NCBI GenBank assembly: GCA_963705165.1
Contig: CAVPJD010000011.1
Span: 96,001 to 160,000, forward strand
Reading direction: 5' to 3'
DNA length: 64,000 nt
Origin: an uncultured delta proteobacterium
Lineage (GTDB): Bacteria > Desulfobacterota > Syntrophia > Syntrophales > UBA2192
Part shown: piece by piece, positions 28,360 through 40,957 of the stretch
Numbering within the stretch: the first letter of the stretch is position 1
Layout of the letters: every line of letters begins with the position of its first letter
The notes under the pieces: generated by a model
What the model saw: only the letters and a program-made list of their open reading frames with translations
The model's database searches: none
What the model was told of the DNA's origin: nothing
Translations under genes and position numbers: made by a program

Positions 28360-29069
28360 GATCGGACATCTTTCCTTTTCAGCATGGCAAAGGCCCTGCG
28401 GGCTTCTTCGACAAAGGCCCTGACAAGGGCGGGATCCTTCATCCCGTCGGCTCCTTCGACCCCGGTGTGGGAATCGACGCCCGCCGGTCGGACCTGCAGG
28501 ATGGCGCAGCCGACGTTCTCCCGCGTGAGGCCCCCGGCCAGGATGACGGGCTTCACAGCCGACTCGACGATCCGGCGGCTTGCGTCCCAGTCGTGGGTCA
28601 TTCCCGTGGCACCGCTGGCGCCCGTCTGCGCATCCCAGGTATCCGTGATGAAGGCATCGACCAGGGGCCCGAATTCCCCGGCAATGCCTGCAAGCTCATC
28701 GAGATTCCCCGGCCTCATGACAAGCGACTTGATCAGGAAGAGCGCGGGGTCAGAATGCTTCAGGCGGCGCACCTCGCCCGCCGTGATATCGCCGTGCATC
28801 TGAACCCGGCGGCACCCGAGCGTGGCGGCAAGTCCTGCGATTTCCGTTGCATCCCGCAGGTAGGTGATCAGGACGGCCCGATCGCCCATGCCGAGGGAGG
28901 CAATGATCCCGGAGACCTCATCGGCAGGCAGGTCCTCCGGATGGAAATCCAGACGCAGGGGAAAGCCGAGCCAGTCCACGCCGGCTTCCAGAAGCATCTC
29001 AGCTTCTTCCAGGTTCCGGATGCCGGCGATCTGGACAAGCCCCTTCACGTCAGCCCTCTCCGCCTGCAC
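28356..29069 (-). CDS. trpF: Phosphoribosylanthranilate isomerase-like protein
   Basis: VQMHG, GATGMTHDW, ILAGGLTRENV, GVDSHTGVE. Confidence 0.8.
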   Translation of the reverse strand: MQAERADVKGLVQIAGIRNLEEAEMLLEAGVDWLGFPLRLDFHPEDLPADEVSGIIASLGMGDRAVLITYLRDATEIAGLAATLGCRRVQMHGDITAGEVRRLKHSDPALFLIKSLVMRPGNLDELAGIAGEFGPLVDAFITDTWDAQTGASGATGMTHDWDASRRIVESAVKPVILAGGLTRENVGCAILQVRPAGVDSHTGVEGADGMKDPALVRAFVEEARRAFAMLKRKDVRS

Positions 29070-29841
29070 CGTCCCGGGTTATGGTGAACTCGCATCGCGT
29101 CTGCTCTCCCGGGCCGGGCCTGGAGTTGAAGTTGCGCTCGATGTATGTCACCCGGTCCTCCCGATCCACAAAGAGCAAGGTGGACGACCGGGTCCCGTAA
29201 ACGGGGCTCACGATGAAGCGCGCAGACAGGATCCTCTCCCAGTCCAGCCCGATTCCGGTTTCCGGCAGCAGCCTGTCCTCCGCGATCGAGCGATCCGACA
29301 GGATGCCGAAGAGCGACTCGGGATCCGGGTCTTCGTCTCGGGACAGGAGCTCGCCGAATGCCGCCTTACCCAGGGCCACCTTCGGCCAGGGCGTGTCGAG
29401 AAGGTGGTTGCTCAGGCCGTAGATCCCCGGTGTCAGTGCGATGACGCCGCCCTTGCGGTTGGAGTAGTAGTCAAGCTCGCCAGTCGATCCGACGATGAGA
29501 TTGAAGCCGTTGTACTGCACCCCCTTCCGGCTGACCTGTTCGAGGTAGCCGGCGGGATCGGCAGGCCCGAGGAGATAGTCCGTCAGCAGGAGTCCACGCG
29601 ACGGCGCCTCGTTGCGGTGAGACCGGGGGTCTCGATAGTTCGTAATGGCCGCGATCCGGCCCGAACGGGTGATGCCGAACCAGGTGCCGCCGCCCTGCAG
29701 GTCCTTTCCGGCCAGAAGATCCGGCGCCTCGGGCCAGAAAGAGGCCCGCTGCGAAGGCCGGTCATAGAACTCGTCGCGGTTGGCTGCGATAATGAGCCGG
29801 TACTTCGGGTGGAACTCGAAAGCACAGAAGAAGAGGCACAT
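29050..29841 (-). CDS. NRDE/TANGO2-family protein
   Basis: MC start, AANRDEFYDRP, GGTWFG, SRG.L, GLSN, YGTRSST. Confidence 0.93.
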   Translation of the reverse strand: MCLFFCAFEFHPKYRLIIAANRDEFYDRPSQRASFWPEAPDLLAGKDLQGGGTWFGITRSGRIAAITNYRDPRSHRNEAPSRGLLLTDYLLGPADPAGYLEQVSRKGVQYNGFNLIVGSTGELDYYSNRKGGVIALTPGIYGLSNHLLDTPWPKVALGKAAFGELLSRDEDPDPESLFGILSDRSIAEDRLLPETGIGLDWERILSARFIVSPVYGTRSSTLLFVDREDRVTYIERNFNSRPGPGEQTRCEFTITRDGAGGEG

Positions 29842-29854
29842 GGTCCGGTCCTTC

Positions 29855-30655
29855 TCAGGCGGCTGTTTTGCCGGTGACACCCAGGTTGCGCTTGACCGCC
29901 TGCAGGATGAGCGGCATCACCTCTCCGGCTTTCCCGTGAATGACCACATCGGCCTGGTCATCGAAGTCCGTCGCGGTGAGATTGACGATCACGACGGCCG
30001 CCCCTGCTTCCTTGGCATAGACAGGCATGTACGCCGCCGGGTAGACGACCAGCGACGAGCCTACGACGATGAGCAGATCGCACCGCTGGGAGTGATGAAC
30101 GGATTGCCGGAGCGCCTCTGCGGGAAGCTGCTCGCCGAAGAAAATCACGTCGGGCTTGAGGATGCCGTCACATTCGGGGCACAGGGGCGCCTCGTCTTCC
30201 AGCCTGATGCTCCCGAGGAGATCCTCCATGGAATATCGCTTAAAGCATCCCAGGCACTTGGCGAAATTCATGGTGCCGTGAAGCTCGAAGACTTTTTCGG
30301 GGGAATTGCCCGCCTTCTGGTGCAGGTTGTCGATGTTCTGCGTGATGACGCATTCGAGCTTTCCGAGTTTCTCCATCTCGGCTACGGCAAGGTGGGCCTC
30401 GTTGGGCTTCGCGTTGACGATGAGCCCGCTTGCGATGAGAAGCTTCCATTGCTTGAGGCGCGTCTCGGCACTCGCGAGAAATCGGAAGATGGTGAATTCC
30501 TCGGGGTCGAAGCGGGACCAGATCCCGCCGGGACTTCGAAAATCTGGGATGCCCGACTCCGTGCTGGCCCCCGCCCCGGTGAAGACGACGATCCGCTTCG
30601 CACCGGCTATCAGACCGGCTGTTTTCTCCACGGCCTCCAGAAGCATGTCGCCCAT
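29855..30655 (-). CDS. Sir2-family NAD-dependent protein deacylase
   Basis: GAGASTESGIPDFR, TQNIDNLH, ELHG, CxxC..CxxC, GSSLVVYPAA. Confidence 0.95.
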   Translation of the reverse strand: MGDMLLEAVEKTAGLIAGAKRIVVFTGAGASTESGIPDFRSPGGIWSRFDPEEFTIFRFLASAETRLKQWKLLIASGLIVNAKPNEAHLAVAEMEKLGKLECVITQNIDNLHQKAGNSPEKVFELHGTMNFAKCLGCFKRYSMEDLLGSIRLEDEAPLCPECDGILKPDVIFFGEQLPAEALRQSVHHSQRCDLLIVVGSSLVVYPAAYMPVYAKEAGAAVVIVNLTATDFDDQADVVIHGKAGEVMPLILQAVKRNLGVTGKTAA

Positions 30656-30872
30656 GACTAAAGTCTCCCCGGCGCTCGGATCACCCCGAATACCCGCCGG
30701 GGCAGCACCTGGTCATGCATAGTACATTTCGGGGGAAAAAGAAAGGCTCGGTCGAAGGCCGACGCCTTCAGGCACGAGGTCCGAGGAACGAGGATCGAGG
30801 AGATAATGGATATGATTGCCTTGAGGCTTGTGGCTCCTCTTGACACGCTACCCGCTACACGCTACACGCTTT

Positions 30873-32847
<1,975 letters not shown>

Positions 32848-32870
<23 letters not shown>

Positions 32871-35037
32871 TCAGGGGAAAGCGGATCACAAAGGTCGTCC
32901 CGATGCCTTCCGCGCTTTCGCACTGGATCGTCCCGCCGAGGTCCTTGACGATGCTGTGAACGACGGAGAGGCCGAGGCCCGAGTGGCCCTCCCCTTTCGT
33001 CGTCACGTAGGGCTCGAAGAGGCGCTGCCTGACCGCATCGGGGATGCCGGGACCGTCATCGCGCACGGAGATCTCCGCGTACTGCTCCGCCTTGCCCTCC
33101 CGCTTTACGGCCATCTCCTCCAGGTCACGCGTGACGAGGCACTTCGTCCGCACGTAGAGGTTGCCGCCCTGTCTCATCGCCTCGATGGCATTCTTGAGGA
33201 GGTTGATCAGGACCTGCTTGAGGCCGTTGCGATCCGTAACAAGCCCCGGCAGGGCCGGGTCCAGGTCGAGATGGAAACGGATCCGGCTCGCCGTCGAGAA
33301 GGACTTTTCGATGATCGTGGCAAGATCCCGCAACAGGCCGTTGACGTCCACCGTCTGGCGCACGCGGTCTTTCTCGGAGGTCAGATCGGTGAGCTGGCGG
33401 ATGATGAGCGCCACGCGGTCGATCTCCTCGTTGACGATCCGCAGCTCGTCCTGGGCCGTGTTGTCGGCCCCGAGCTTCATCCCGAGGATTTTGAGGTAAT
33501 TCTTGATGATGCTCAGCGGGTTGTTCACCTCGTGAGCCACCTTGCGGGCCAGCGCCGAAGAGGCGGCAAGGCGGCCCGCCTGGTAGAGCCGGGTATGGGC
33601 CTTTCGCATCTGGTCGAGCCGCAGGGACATGGCCACCTGGTCCGCATAGAGTGTGAGGAGCCTCGACTGGGCCGCAATCGGCGCCATGGCGGCACGCTCG
33701 GCCCCGATGACAAAAACGCCCACCGTTTCCTTCTGGCTCACCAGGGGCAGGCACAGGATCTCCTCGCTCCCCAGGATGTGGACGAGCATTTCGTCCATGA
33801 TCGTGAGAGCGCCCCGATCGCGCCGCTCCGGGGTGCCGAGGATCGCGTTCTGTGTCATCGCCCTCACGGGAAGCGATTCGTTTCGTGCCATGGGGATCGT
33901 CAGCTCCTGCCCGGGCGGCAGCCTGGAGCCTGCGGTATCTTGCAAAACAAGCAGTTCGCGGTCGCGATCCAGCAGAAAGAGCAGGATGGCCGGCGTTCCG
34001 AAGAGGACCTCGATCCCCTGCCTGGCGGCCCTCTGGATGGCATCCCGGTCGGGAGCCTCCAGGAGGCCCTGCATGGCTGCCTGCAGGAGCGCCACGTCTC
34101 TGATTTCGCCGGTGAGTGCTTCCTCTTTTGTCTCGTCCCTGCCGTCGAGGGGCTGGGGGTGCTGATCGACGGGGTCGATCTGGATGTCGAGTGCTTCGGC
34201 GAGTTCCCGCACCTCCTCCTGGGCGGCCGAGAGCATGTCCGTGATATCGGTGAAGCTGATCCCGAAGAGCTCCCGGATCACCTTGTACCGGGAAAAATCC
34301 GAATCGGGCATATCGGAGAGGATGTTCGCCGCGTAGATGATCTTGATGAGCGGGAAGGCGTTGTGAATCCTCTCCAGCGGCTCGTGATGGTATCGGGCCG
34401 CATCGGCCGTGAACGCGTCGAGGCCCCAGCGGCTCAGCAGCCAGGATCCCACCTCGGCGTGCGTGATTCCCATCTTGATCTCCCCCTCGAGGAGGAGATC
34501 CGATTGGTTCCGGGCGGCCTGGAGCACTTTCCCGTACTCATCGGGGAAGTTGACCCAGAGGACCATCCGTCCCACATCGTGAAGGATTCCGGCGAGAAAA
34601 GAGAGTTCGGGGGCCTTGTAGGATGTTTTTTCGGAAAGACGCCGGGCCAGCACGGCACAGAGCAGGGCATGATGCCAGTAAAGCTTCATGTTGAAAAGGG
34701 ACCGGCCGTTGACCCTGGAGAAGACCTGGTGGATGGAGGCGCTGATGGCGATGCTGCGCACAGTGTCGCGCCCCAGCTGGAAAAGGGCGTCATCCATCCG
34801 GACGATCTTCTCCGCCCGGCGGTAGAAGGGGGAATTGACGATCCCCAGGATCCTCGCCGAGAGTGCGGAATCCCCGCTGACGATCTGCGCGATGTCCCGG
34901 ATGGCCATCTCCTCGTTGCGGCAGGCCTCGATGAGCTTGAGGAGCACCTGGGGGAGCGACGGGAGATTCCTCGACGCCTCGATGCGCGACAGGAAGTACG
35001 CCGCCCGGTCATTCATGGGTGTTCGTTTTGTATCCAT
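32848..35037 (-). CDS. HDOD-GAF-histidine kinase
   Basis: LPSLPQV, NSPFY, AGILHDVGR, THAEVG (HDOD), then AHEVNNPL and DDGPGI. Start position uncertain. Confidence 0.9.
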
Positions 35038-35162
35038 ATGGCAACCCATGGACATTAAAAGCAACTTTTGTGCCGTACCGCCGGACCTGCGGTCCAAGAA
35101 GAAGTTGAGAAGTTAAGAAGGTGTGAAGGTTGGAAAACTTACCCTCTTACCTTCACTCTTTC

Positions 35163-35909
35163 TCAGCGTCCACCCGTCAGCGGGACAAACCGGACGGGCA
35201 ACAGGCTTTTCGTCGTGATGTTTCCCTTCTGATCCTTCTCGACCAGGATGATGTGCTGAATCATGGAGGGGCTGCCCACGGGGATAACCATCCGCCCTTT
35301 TGCCTTCAACTGGGAAATCAGGGGCGGCGGAATGTGCCCGGCTGCCGCCGTCACCATGATGGCGTCGAAAGGCGCCTTGTCGGGCCACCCGGCATAGCCG
35401 TCCCCCGTCCGGACCTCCACGTTGCTGAAACCGAGGTCCCGGAGACGGGCCTTCGCCGATTCGGCCAGCTCGGGGATGATCTCTATCGTATACACCTTCC
35501 GGTAGAGGGGCGAGAGGACGGCCGCCTGATAACCGGAACCGGTGCCGACCTCGAGGACCGTCCCCGAACCATCAGGCTGCAGGATCTCCGTCATGTAAGC
35601 CACGATGTAGGGCTGGGAGATCGTCTGGCCGTTACCGATCGGCAGGGGCCTGTCCTCATAGGCCGAGGACATGCGATCCTCCGGCACGAAGAGATGGCGG
35701 GGGGTGCTACGCATGGCCTGGAGAACCGCCTCCTGGCGGACCCCGCGGGCAACGATCTGGTCGCTGACCATGGCTTCCCGAAGCGTTTCGAAATCCTTCG
35801 AGGTGGGCTGCTTGCCGAAAAACCAGCCGTCGGCCACACCCGGCAGGAGGACCGGGTATGCCAGAAGCACCGCTGTGACAGCGGCGAAAAACGTGACGAG
35901 GGCTTTCAT
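35163..35909 (-). CDS. pcm: Protein-L-isoaspartate O-methyltransferase with N-terminal hydrophobic leader
   Basis: GQTISQPYIVA, LEVGTGSGYQAA, APFDAIMVTAA, VRFVPL. Confidence 0.94.
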   Translation of the reverse strand: MKALVTFFAAVTAVLLAYPVLLPGVADGWFFGKQPTSKDFETLREAMVSDQIVARGVRQEAVLQAMRSTPRHLFVPEDRMSSAYEDRPLPIGNGQTISQPYIVAYMTEILQPDGSGTVLEVGTGSGYQAAVLSPLYRKVYTIEIIPELAESAKARLRDLGFSNVEVRTGDGYAGWPDKAPFDAIMVTAAAGHIPPPLISQLKAKGRMVIPVGSPSMIQHIILVEKDQKGNITTKSLLPVRFVPLTGGR

Positions 35910-35995
35910 GTGGTCCCTCCCCTGTGGTATCATGACGTGGGAGTTGGCAAATACATCGCAAACAGAGGGAAACGGTGTTTCCCGTCGGTTGCCCT

Positions 35996-36380
35996 ATGTT
36001 CTACCCGATCGCCGCCGATATCGTCATCGTGATCCACTTTATCTGGATCGCCTTCGTGATCCTGGGCTTCCCGGTCGTTCTGTGGATCAACAGCGCCCGG
36101 TGGCGCCTCATCCACCTGGCCGCCGTGATCTGGATGGTCCTGATGCAGCTCACGCGCTCCATCTGCCCCCTCACGTATCTCGAAGTCTGGCTCAAATCGG
36201 AGGGGCGCGGGAGCGGAGGTCTACTCGGGAAAATTCCTCATCGAGACGATCGAGCGTCTCATCTACGTGGACAACGTCACCCTGGAAAAAATCACCTACG
36301 CCACCGGGGTCTATCTTACGCTCATCGTCCTGTCCTTCTGGTTGCGGCCGATGCCGAGAAAGAAGAAGGTGAGAGGTTGA
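35996..36380 (+). pseudogene. DUF2784-like membrane protein with a +1 frameshift (pseudogene or sequencing error)
   Basis: ADIVIVIH...CPLTYLE in one frame. The expected continuation YSGKFLIETIERLIY... is in the next frame after the G-run at 36202-36205. Confidence 0.7.
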
Positions 36381-36590
36381 GAAGGTGAGAAGTTTGGAAA
36401 AGCCCTCGGATTCGATGTCATGCAGCGGGGTCTCTGTGCGTACGCTCTTTTCTCACCTTCTTACCCTCTCACCCTCTTACCTTCTTGTTACATATATCAC
36501 AGATCCCCAGCCATGCAAGAGCGGGCGCCCGCGGCAAAGCTTCCTTGCATTCATTCTTTCGATGGGTTACGTTGGCCCCCGGGAGTTGCC

Positions 36591-37802
36591 ATGCTTGAAA
36601 AACCCGCCCTGAGAACGGACATCCAGATGGTCATGACCCTCGTCGAGGGCCGCCGGATGATCGTCTTCCAGGACCCCCACGATCTGGGCGACCAGCGCAT
36701 CGCCGTCGATGCGGGCGCGTTGCCGCTTCTGCAGATGCTCGACGGCCGGCACGAAATCCGGGACATCCAGAGGGAGCTCACGAACCGCAGCGGGGGACGC
36801 CCGGTCTCTCTCTCGGACGTCGAAGACTTCCTCGGCAGCCTCGACAGGGCTTTTCTGCTGAACAGTGAATCCTTTCGGCGGGAAATGGACTCGCTCTTTA
36901 CGGTATTTTCCCGGCAGGAGCAGCGCCCGTGTGTCCATGCAGGAAAGTCCTACGACCCCGATCCGGAAAGACTGGCCCGTTTCATCGAGGAGTCGGAAAG
37001 CGAGTTGCCCCCGCTGGAATTGCACCCGCCTGCAATCCATGCCGTCGTCGCCCCCCACATCGACATCCGCGTGGCGCGGAACACTTACGTGAAGGCCTAC
37101 AGGCACCTGAAAGGAAGTCAATACGATCTTGCGGTGATCCTGGGAATCAACCACAATCTGCAGGACGGTCTCTTCTGCGTTTCCCCGAAAAACTACATGA
37201 CGCCTTTCGGCGAGATCCGGACGGACCGGGGTTTTGTGGAGGCCCTGGGGGAAAGCGCGCGGCCCGGTACCCTGACGACACACGATTTCGGTCACAAGAC
37301 CGAACACTCCATCGAGTTCCAGACGATCTTCCTTCATCACTACCTGAAGGGCACTCCGATCGTGCCGATTCTCTGCGGCGGGATCCACGAGCACCTCTTT
37401 GCCCGGCAGAATCCCCTGGAGGACAGCCGCTTCCTCGGGTTCGTGGAAACCATCCGGGAAGAGGTAAAAAAACGGGGGAAGGTTCTCTTCGTAGCGGGGG
37501 TGGACTTCTCGCACGTGGGGCTCAAGTTCGGCGACAGGGTACCCGCCGAGTCGATTCTGGAACGCGCACAGGCCAACGACCGGCTCATCCTGGATTCCCT
37601 GCTGACCGGCGACGGACGGGCTATCTACGAAAATGCCGCCGGCACGCAGGACCAGTACAAGGTCTGCGGGCTTCCCGCCCTGGTCTTGCTGGCCGAGCTC
37701 ATGAAAGGGAAAAAGGGAATCCTGCTCGATTACGATACCTACCGGGAGGCGGCCACCTCGAGCGCCGTGACGTACGCCTCCGCAATCTTTACCGACCGGT
37801 AA
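36591..37802 (+). CDS. AmmeMemoRadiSam system protein B (MEMO1 family)
   Basis: APHID, EHSIEFQ, VDFSHVG, VCG. Confidence 0.88.
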   Translation: MLEKPALRTDIQMVMTLVEGRRMIVFQDPHDLGDQRIAVDAGALPLLQMLDGRHEIRDIQRELTNRSGGRPVSLSDVEDFLGSLDRAFLLNSESFRREMDSLFTVFSRQEQRPCVHAGKSYDPDPERLARFIEESESELPPLELHPPAIHAVVAPHIDIRVARNTYVKAYRHLKGSQYDLAVILGINHNLQDGLFCVSPKNYMTPFGEIRTDRGFVEALGESARPGTLTTHDFGHKTEHSIEFQTIFLHHYLKGTPIVPILCGGIHEHLFARQNPLEDSRFLGFVETIREEVKKRGKVLFVAGVDFSHVGLKFGDRVPAESILERAQANDRLILDSLLTGDGRAIYENAAGTQDQYKVCGLPALVLLAELMKGKKGILLDYDTYREAATSSAVTYASAIFTDR

Positions 37803-37871
37803 AGATTGCAGCGTGTGGCGTGTAGCGTGTAGCGTGTAGCGTGTAGAAAATAACACACTGGGTAAAAAAAG

Positions 37872-37900
37872 AACGGCGGGAGAATCGCTCCCGCCGTTTA
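37872..37900. terminator. Bidirectional terminator flanked by inverted heptamer repeats
   Basis: A7-G-AACGGCGGGA...TCCCGCCGTT-T, with (GCGTGTA)n on the left and (TACACGC)n on the right. Confidence 0.75.
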
Positions 37901-37993
37901 AATTTGTGTTAGAGCTTATGGCTCCCCCGACACGCTACCCGCTACACGCGACACGCTTCTGGTTGCCGGTCACTAGCCACTGGTCACTGCATC

Positions 37994-38461
37994 TCATCCT
38001 CCCTCCGTCTGCGCGAATGCCGTGTTGGTGTAAAGGTATTCCATCTTCTCTTTGTGTTTCATCTCTTCGTTGGCCATCCTCAGGAGCAGCTCCTTCACCG
38101 CTCCCTTGGGGCAGAGATCCGCGAGCCCCTTGTAGAAATTGTGGGCGTTCATCTCGCGGGTGGCGGCAACGAGGAATACCTCCTCGGAGTTCATGTTCTT
38201 CTTGATGTCGGGCTGTTTCAGGTGCTCGGCAACCTTGTAGTCCACGGGCATATCGGGCCGCAGGACGATATCGCAGGACATCTGATCCTTGCACTTCACA
38301 AGAAAGGCCTTGTGTCCGGCTTCTTCATCGGCCAGATACTTCAGCGTGTCCTTAGCCGCCTTGCCTTCGACGTTATTGCGCAGATTCATGTAAAAGTTGC
38401 ATGCTTCTTCCTCTTTCTCGATGGCAAGATCGATCACCGACTGCAGCGTGTCACTTCCCAT
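37994..38461 (-). CDS. Ferritin-like/rubrerythrin-family protein
   Basis: AIEKEEE..FY, EEAGH, EEMKH diiron motifs. Confidence 0.88.
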   Translation of the reverse strand: MGSDTLQSVIDLAIEKEEEACNFYMNLRNNVEGKAAKDTLKYLADEEAGHKAFLVKCKDQMSCDIVLRPDMPVDYKVAEHLKQPDIKKNMNSEEVFLVAATREMNAHNFYKGLADLCPKGAVKELLLRMANEEMKHKEKMEYLYTNTAFAQTEGG

Positions 38462-38653
38462 GGCTCATGCCCCCTTCGTTTTCACGGCCACCGGACGGGC
38501 TCGTTATTCTTCAGTTAGAAAAATAGTATTTCCACCCGCAAAGTGCAATGGGAAATAGCTCCCATGAAATCCTTTTCCATTGACTCCGGCATTCTATCTG
38601 ATAAAATTCGGCGCGATTATCGCATCAACCCCTGACGTTCCCTGGAGGCAGCC

Positions 38654-40000
38654 ATGGCGAAGAAAATCAACGAGGATCATGTCTTTTACAGGACGCCGAC
38701 CAAGTATTATCCCACCGTGGACCGCGGTGAGGGTGTATACATCTACGACAAGGAAGGGAGGCAGTTCATCGACGGCTCCGGAGGCGCGGCGGTGGTCAAC
38801 ATCGGCCATGGCGTGAAGGAGATCGAGGAGGCCATGCTCAAGCAGGCAAGCCGCATCGCCTTCACCCACGGCACCCAGTTCACGAGCGAGGCTGCCATCG
38901 AGCTGGCAGACCGGATCGTCAAGATGTCCCCACCGGGGCTTTCCCGGGTCTACTTCCTCTCGGGCGGCTCCGAGGCCGTAGAGACGGCCATGAAGATGGC
39001 CCGCCAGTACCAGGTCGACCGGGGCTGCCCGATGAAGTTCAAGGTCATCTCCCGGTGGGCAAGCTATCACGGCAACACCGTGGGCGCCCTCGCGCTGAGC
39101 GGCCACACGGGCAGGCGCCGCTACTACCTGCCGCTCATGCTGCACACTCCCCACATCGCACCGTGCTACTGCTACAGATGCCCCTGCAACCTTGTTCCCG
39201 ATAAGTGCAGTATCGAGTGCGCCGACGAGCTCGAGAAGACGATCCTTTACGAAGGTCCCGATTCCGTGTCGGCCTTCATCGTCGAGCCCGTCGTGGGGGC
39301 CACGGCGGGGGCCCTGGTGCCGAAGGACGGTTACTTCCGGCGGATCCGCGAGATCTGCGACAAGTACGACGTGCTGCTCATCTCCGACGAGGTCATGTCC
39401 GGCGTGGGGAGAACCGGCAGAAACTGGGCCCTCGATCACTGGAACGTGGTGCCCGACATGATCGTGGCGGCCAAGGGGCTGGCCAGCGGCTACACGCCGC
39501 TCTACGTCGTCGTGGCCAAAGAGGAGATCCACCAGCTCATCAAGGAAAAAAACGGCACCTTCGTCCACGGCCATACCTACAGCCAGAACCCGCTGTCCTG
39601 CTCTGTCGGCACTGCCGTGCTGGATTACCTGGAAAAGCACGACCTGGTGGCCGCATCGGCCAAAAAAGGCGTCTATCTGCTGGAAAAGCTCAAGGGGCTC
39701 CTGAAACACCCCATGGTGGGCGACGTCCGCGGCCTGGGACTATTCGCCGGCATCGAGTTCGTCAAGGACAAGAAGACGAAGGAACCCTTCGACCCGAAGC
39801 TCCGGGTCAATGTCCTCGTCGGCAACAGCGCTTTTGCGAAGGGCCTGATCACCTATCCCGGCGGCGGCGGCGCCGACGGCGTGAAGGGCGATCACAGCCT
39901 GCTCGCGCCCCCGTACATCATCACGGAGGCCCAGATCGACCGGATGGTCCAGATCCTGGACGAAGCGATTACGGAAACGGAAACGAAGGTGCGAGGATAA
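38654..40000 (+). CDS. Class III PLP aminotransferase
   Basis: [38 protein letters not shown]. Confidence 0.93.
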   Translation: MAKKINEDHVFYRTPTKYYPTVDRGEGVYIYDKEGRQFIDGSGGAAVVNIGHGVKEIEEAMLKQASRIAFTHGTQFTSEAAIELADRIVKMSPPGLSRVYFLSGGSEAVETAMKMARQYQVDRGCPMKFKVISRWASYHGNTVGALALSGHTGRRRYYLPLMLHTPHIAPCYCYRCPCNLVPDKCSIECADELEKTILYEGPDSVSAFIVEPVVGATAGALVPKDGYFRRIREICDKYDVLLISDEVMSGVGRTGRNWALDHWNVVPDMIVAAKGLASGYTPLYVVVAKEEIHQLIKEKNGTFVHGHTYSQNPLSCSVGTAVLDYLEKHDLVAASAKKGVYLLEKLKGLLKHPMVGDVRGLGLFAGIEFVKDKKTKEPFDPKLRVNVLVGNSAFAKGLITYPGGGGADGVKGDHSLLAPPYIITEAQIDRMVQILDEAITETETKVRG

Positions 40001-40003
40001 TCC

Positions 40004-40831
40004 ATGGGAAAAGTCATCATCACCGCAGCCATCACCGGAAGCCGCATGATGCGGGACATCGCCCCCCACATCCCCATCACCCCCGAGGAGATCGCCCAGT
40101 CGGCCATCGAGGCCTGGCAGGCCGGCGCCTCGATCGTCCATATCCACGTCCGCGACCCCGAGACAGGACTGGGAAGCCAGAACCTGGAGCTCTTCCGCCA
40201 GGTCGTCGACAGGATCCGGGAGAAGACGGATCTCATTCTCAGCCTCACCACGAGCGGCATCCCCGGGCGGAATCTGCCGACCGAGGAGAGGCTCTCGCCG
40301 CTTCTGCTGAAGCCCGAGCTTGCCTCCTACGATGCCGGGTCGATCAACCTGGGAGGCAGGGCATTCATCAACGACCCCGCTTTCCTCGACGAGGCGGCGA
40401 AAAAAATGAAGGAGGCCGGCGTAAAGCCCGAGATCGAGATCTTCGATCTGGGCATGATGGTGACGGCCCTGCGGCTGTGCGACGAGGGGAAGATCGACGA
40501 CCCCATGCACTTCCAGTTCTGCCTGGGGACGCCCTGGGGCGCGCCGGCCACGGTGAAGTCCTTCCTGCACCTCTACGAGCACATGCCCGCAAACGCCACC
40601 TGGTCAATCTTCGGCGTGGGCCGGGGCTTTCTGCCCATGGCCATGATGGGCCTCATCACGGGGGGCCACATCCGGGTGGGAATGGAAGACAACATCTACG
40701 TGAACCCGGGGGTGCTTGCGAAGACGAACGCCGAGCTGGTCGAGCGCGTCACAGGTATATGCCGTGCCTACGGCCGCGAGGTGGCCACACCGGCGGAAGC
40801 GAGAAAGATACTGGGATTCGCGAAAAAATAA
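40004..40831 (+). CDS. Beta-keto acid cleavage enzyme (BKACE/Kce family)
   Basis: IITAAITG, AGASIVHIHVRD, KPEIEIFD, GGHIRVGMEDN. Confidence 0.92.
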   Translation: MGKVIITAAITGSRMMRDIAPHIPITPEEIAQSAIEAWQAGASIVHIHVRDPETGLGSQNLELFRQVVDRIREKTDLILSLTTSGIPGRNLPTEERLSPLLLKPELASYDAGSINLGGRAFINDPAFLDEAAKKMKEAGVKPEIEIFDLGMMVTALRLCDEGKIDDPMHFQFCLGTPWGAPATVKSFLHLYEHMPANATWSIFGVGRGFLPMAMMGLITGGHIRVGMEDNIYVNPGVLAKTNAELVERVTGICRAYGREVATPAEARKILGFAKK

Positions 40832-40875
40832 GGGCCCAGGGTATAGGGTCCAGGGTTCAGGGGTTGAGAAAAAAG

Positions 40876-40903
40876 AACGGCGGGAATTGCTCCCGCCGTT
40901 TTT
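40876..40903. terminator. Bidirectional terminator, near-identical to 37872-37900
   Basis: AACGGCGGGA ATTGC TCCCGCCGTT TTT, flanked by inverted heptamer repeats. Confidence 0.75.
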
Positions 40904-40957
40904 GCTTTGAGATTTGTCTTTTTCTTCCCTGTACCCTGTACCCTTGACCCTGAACCC

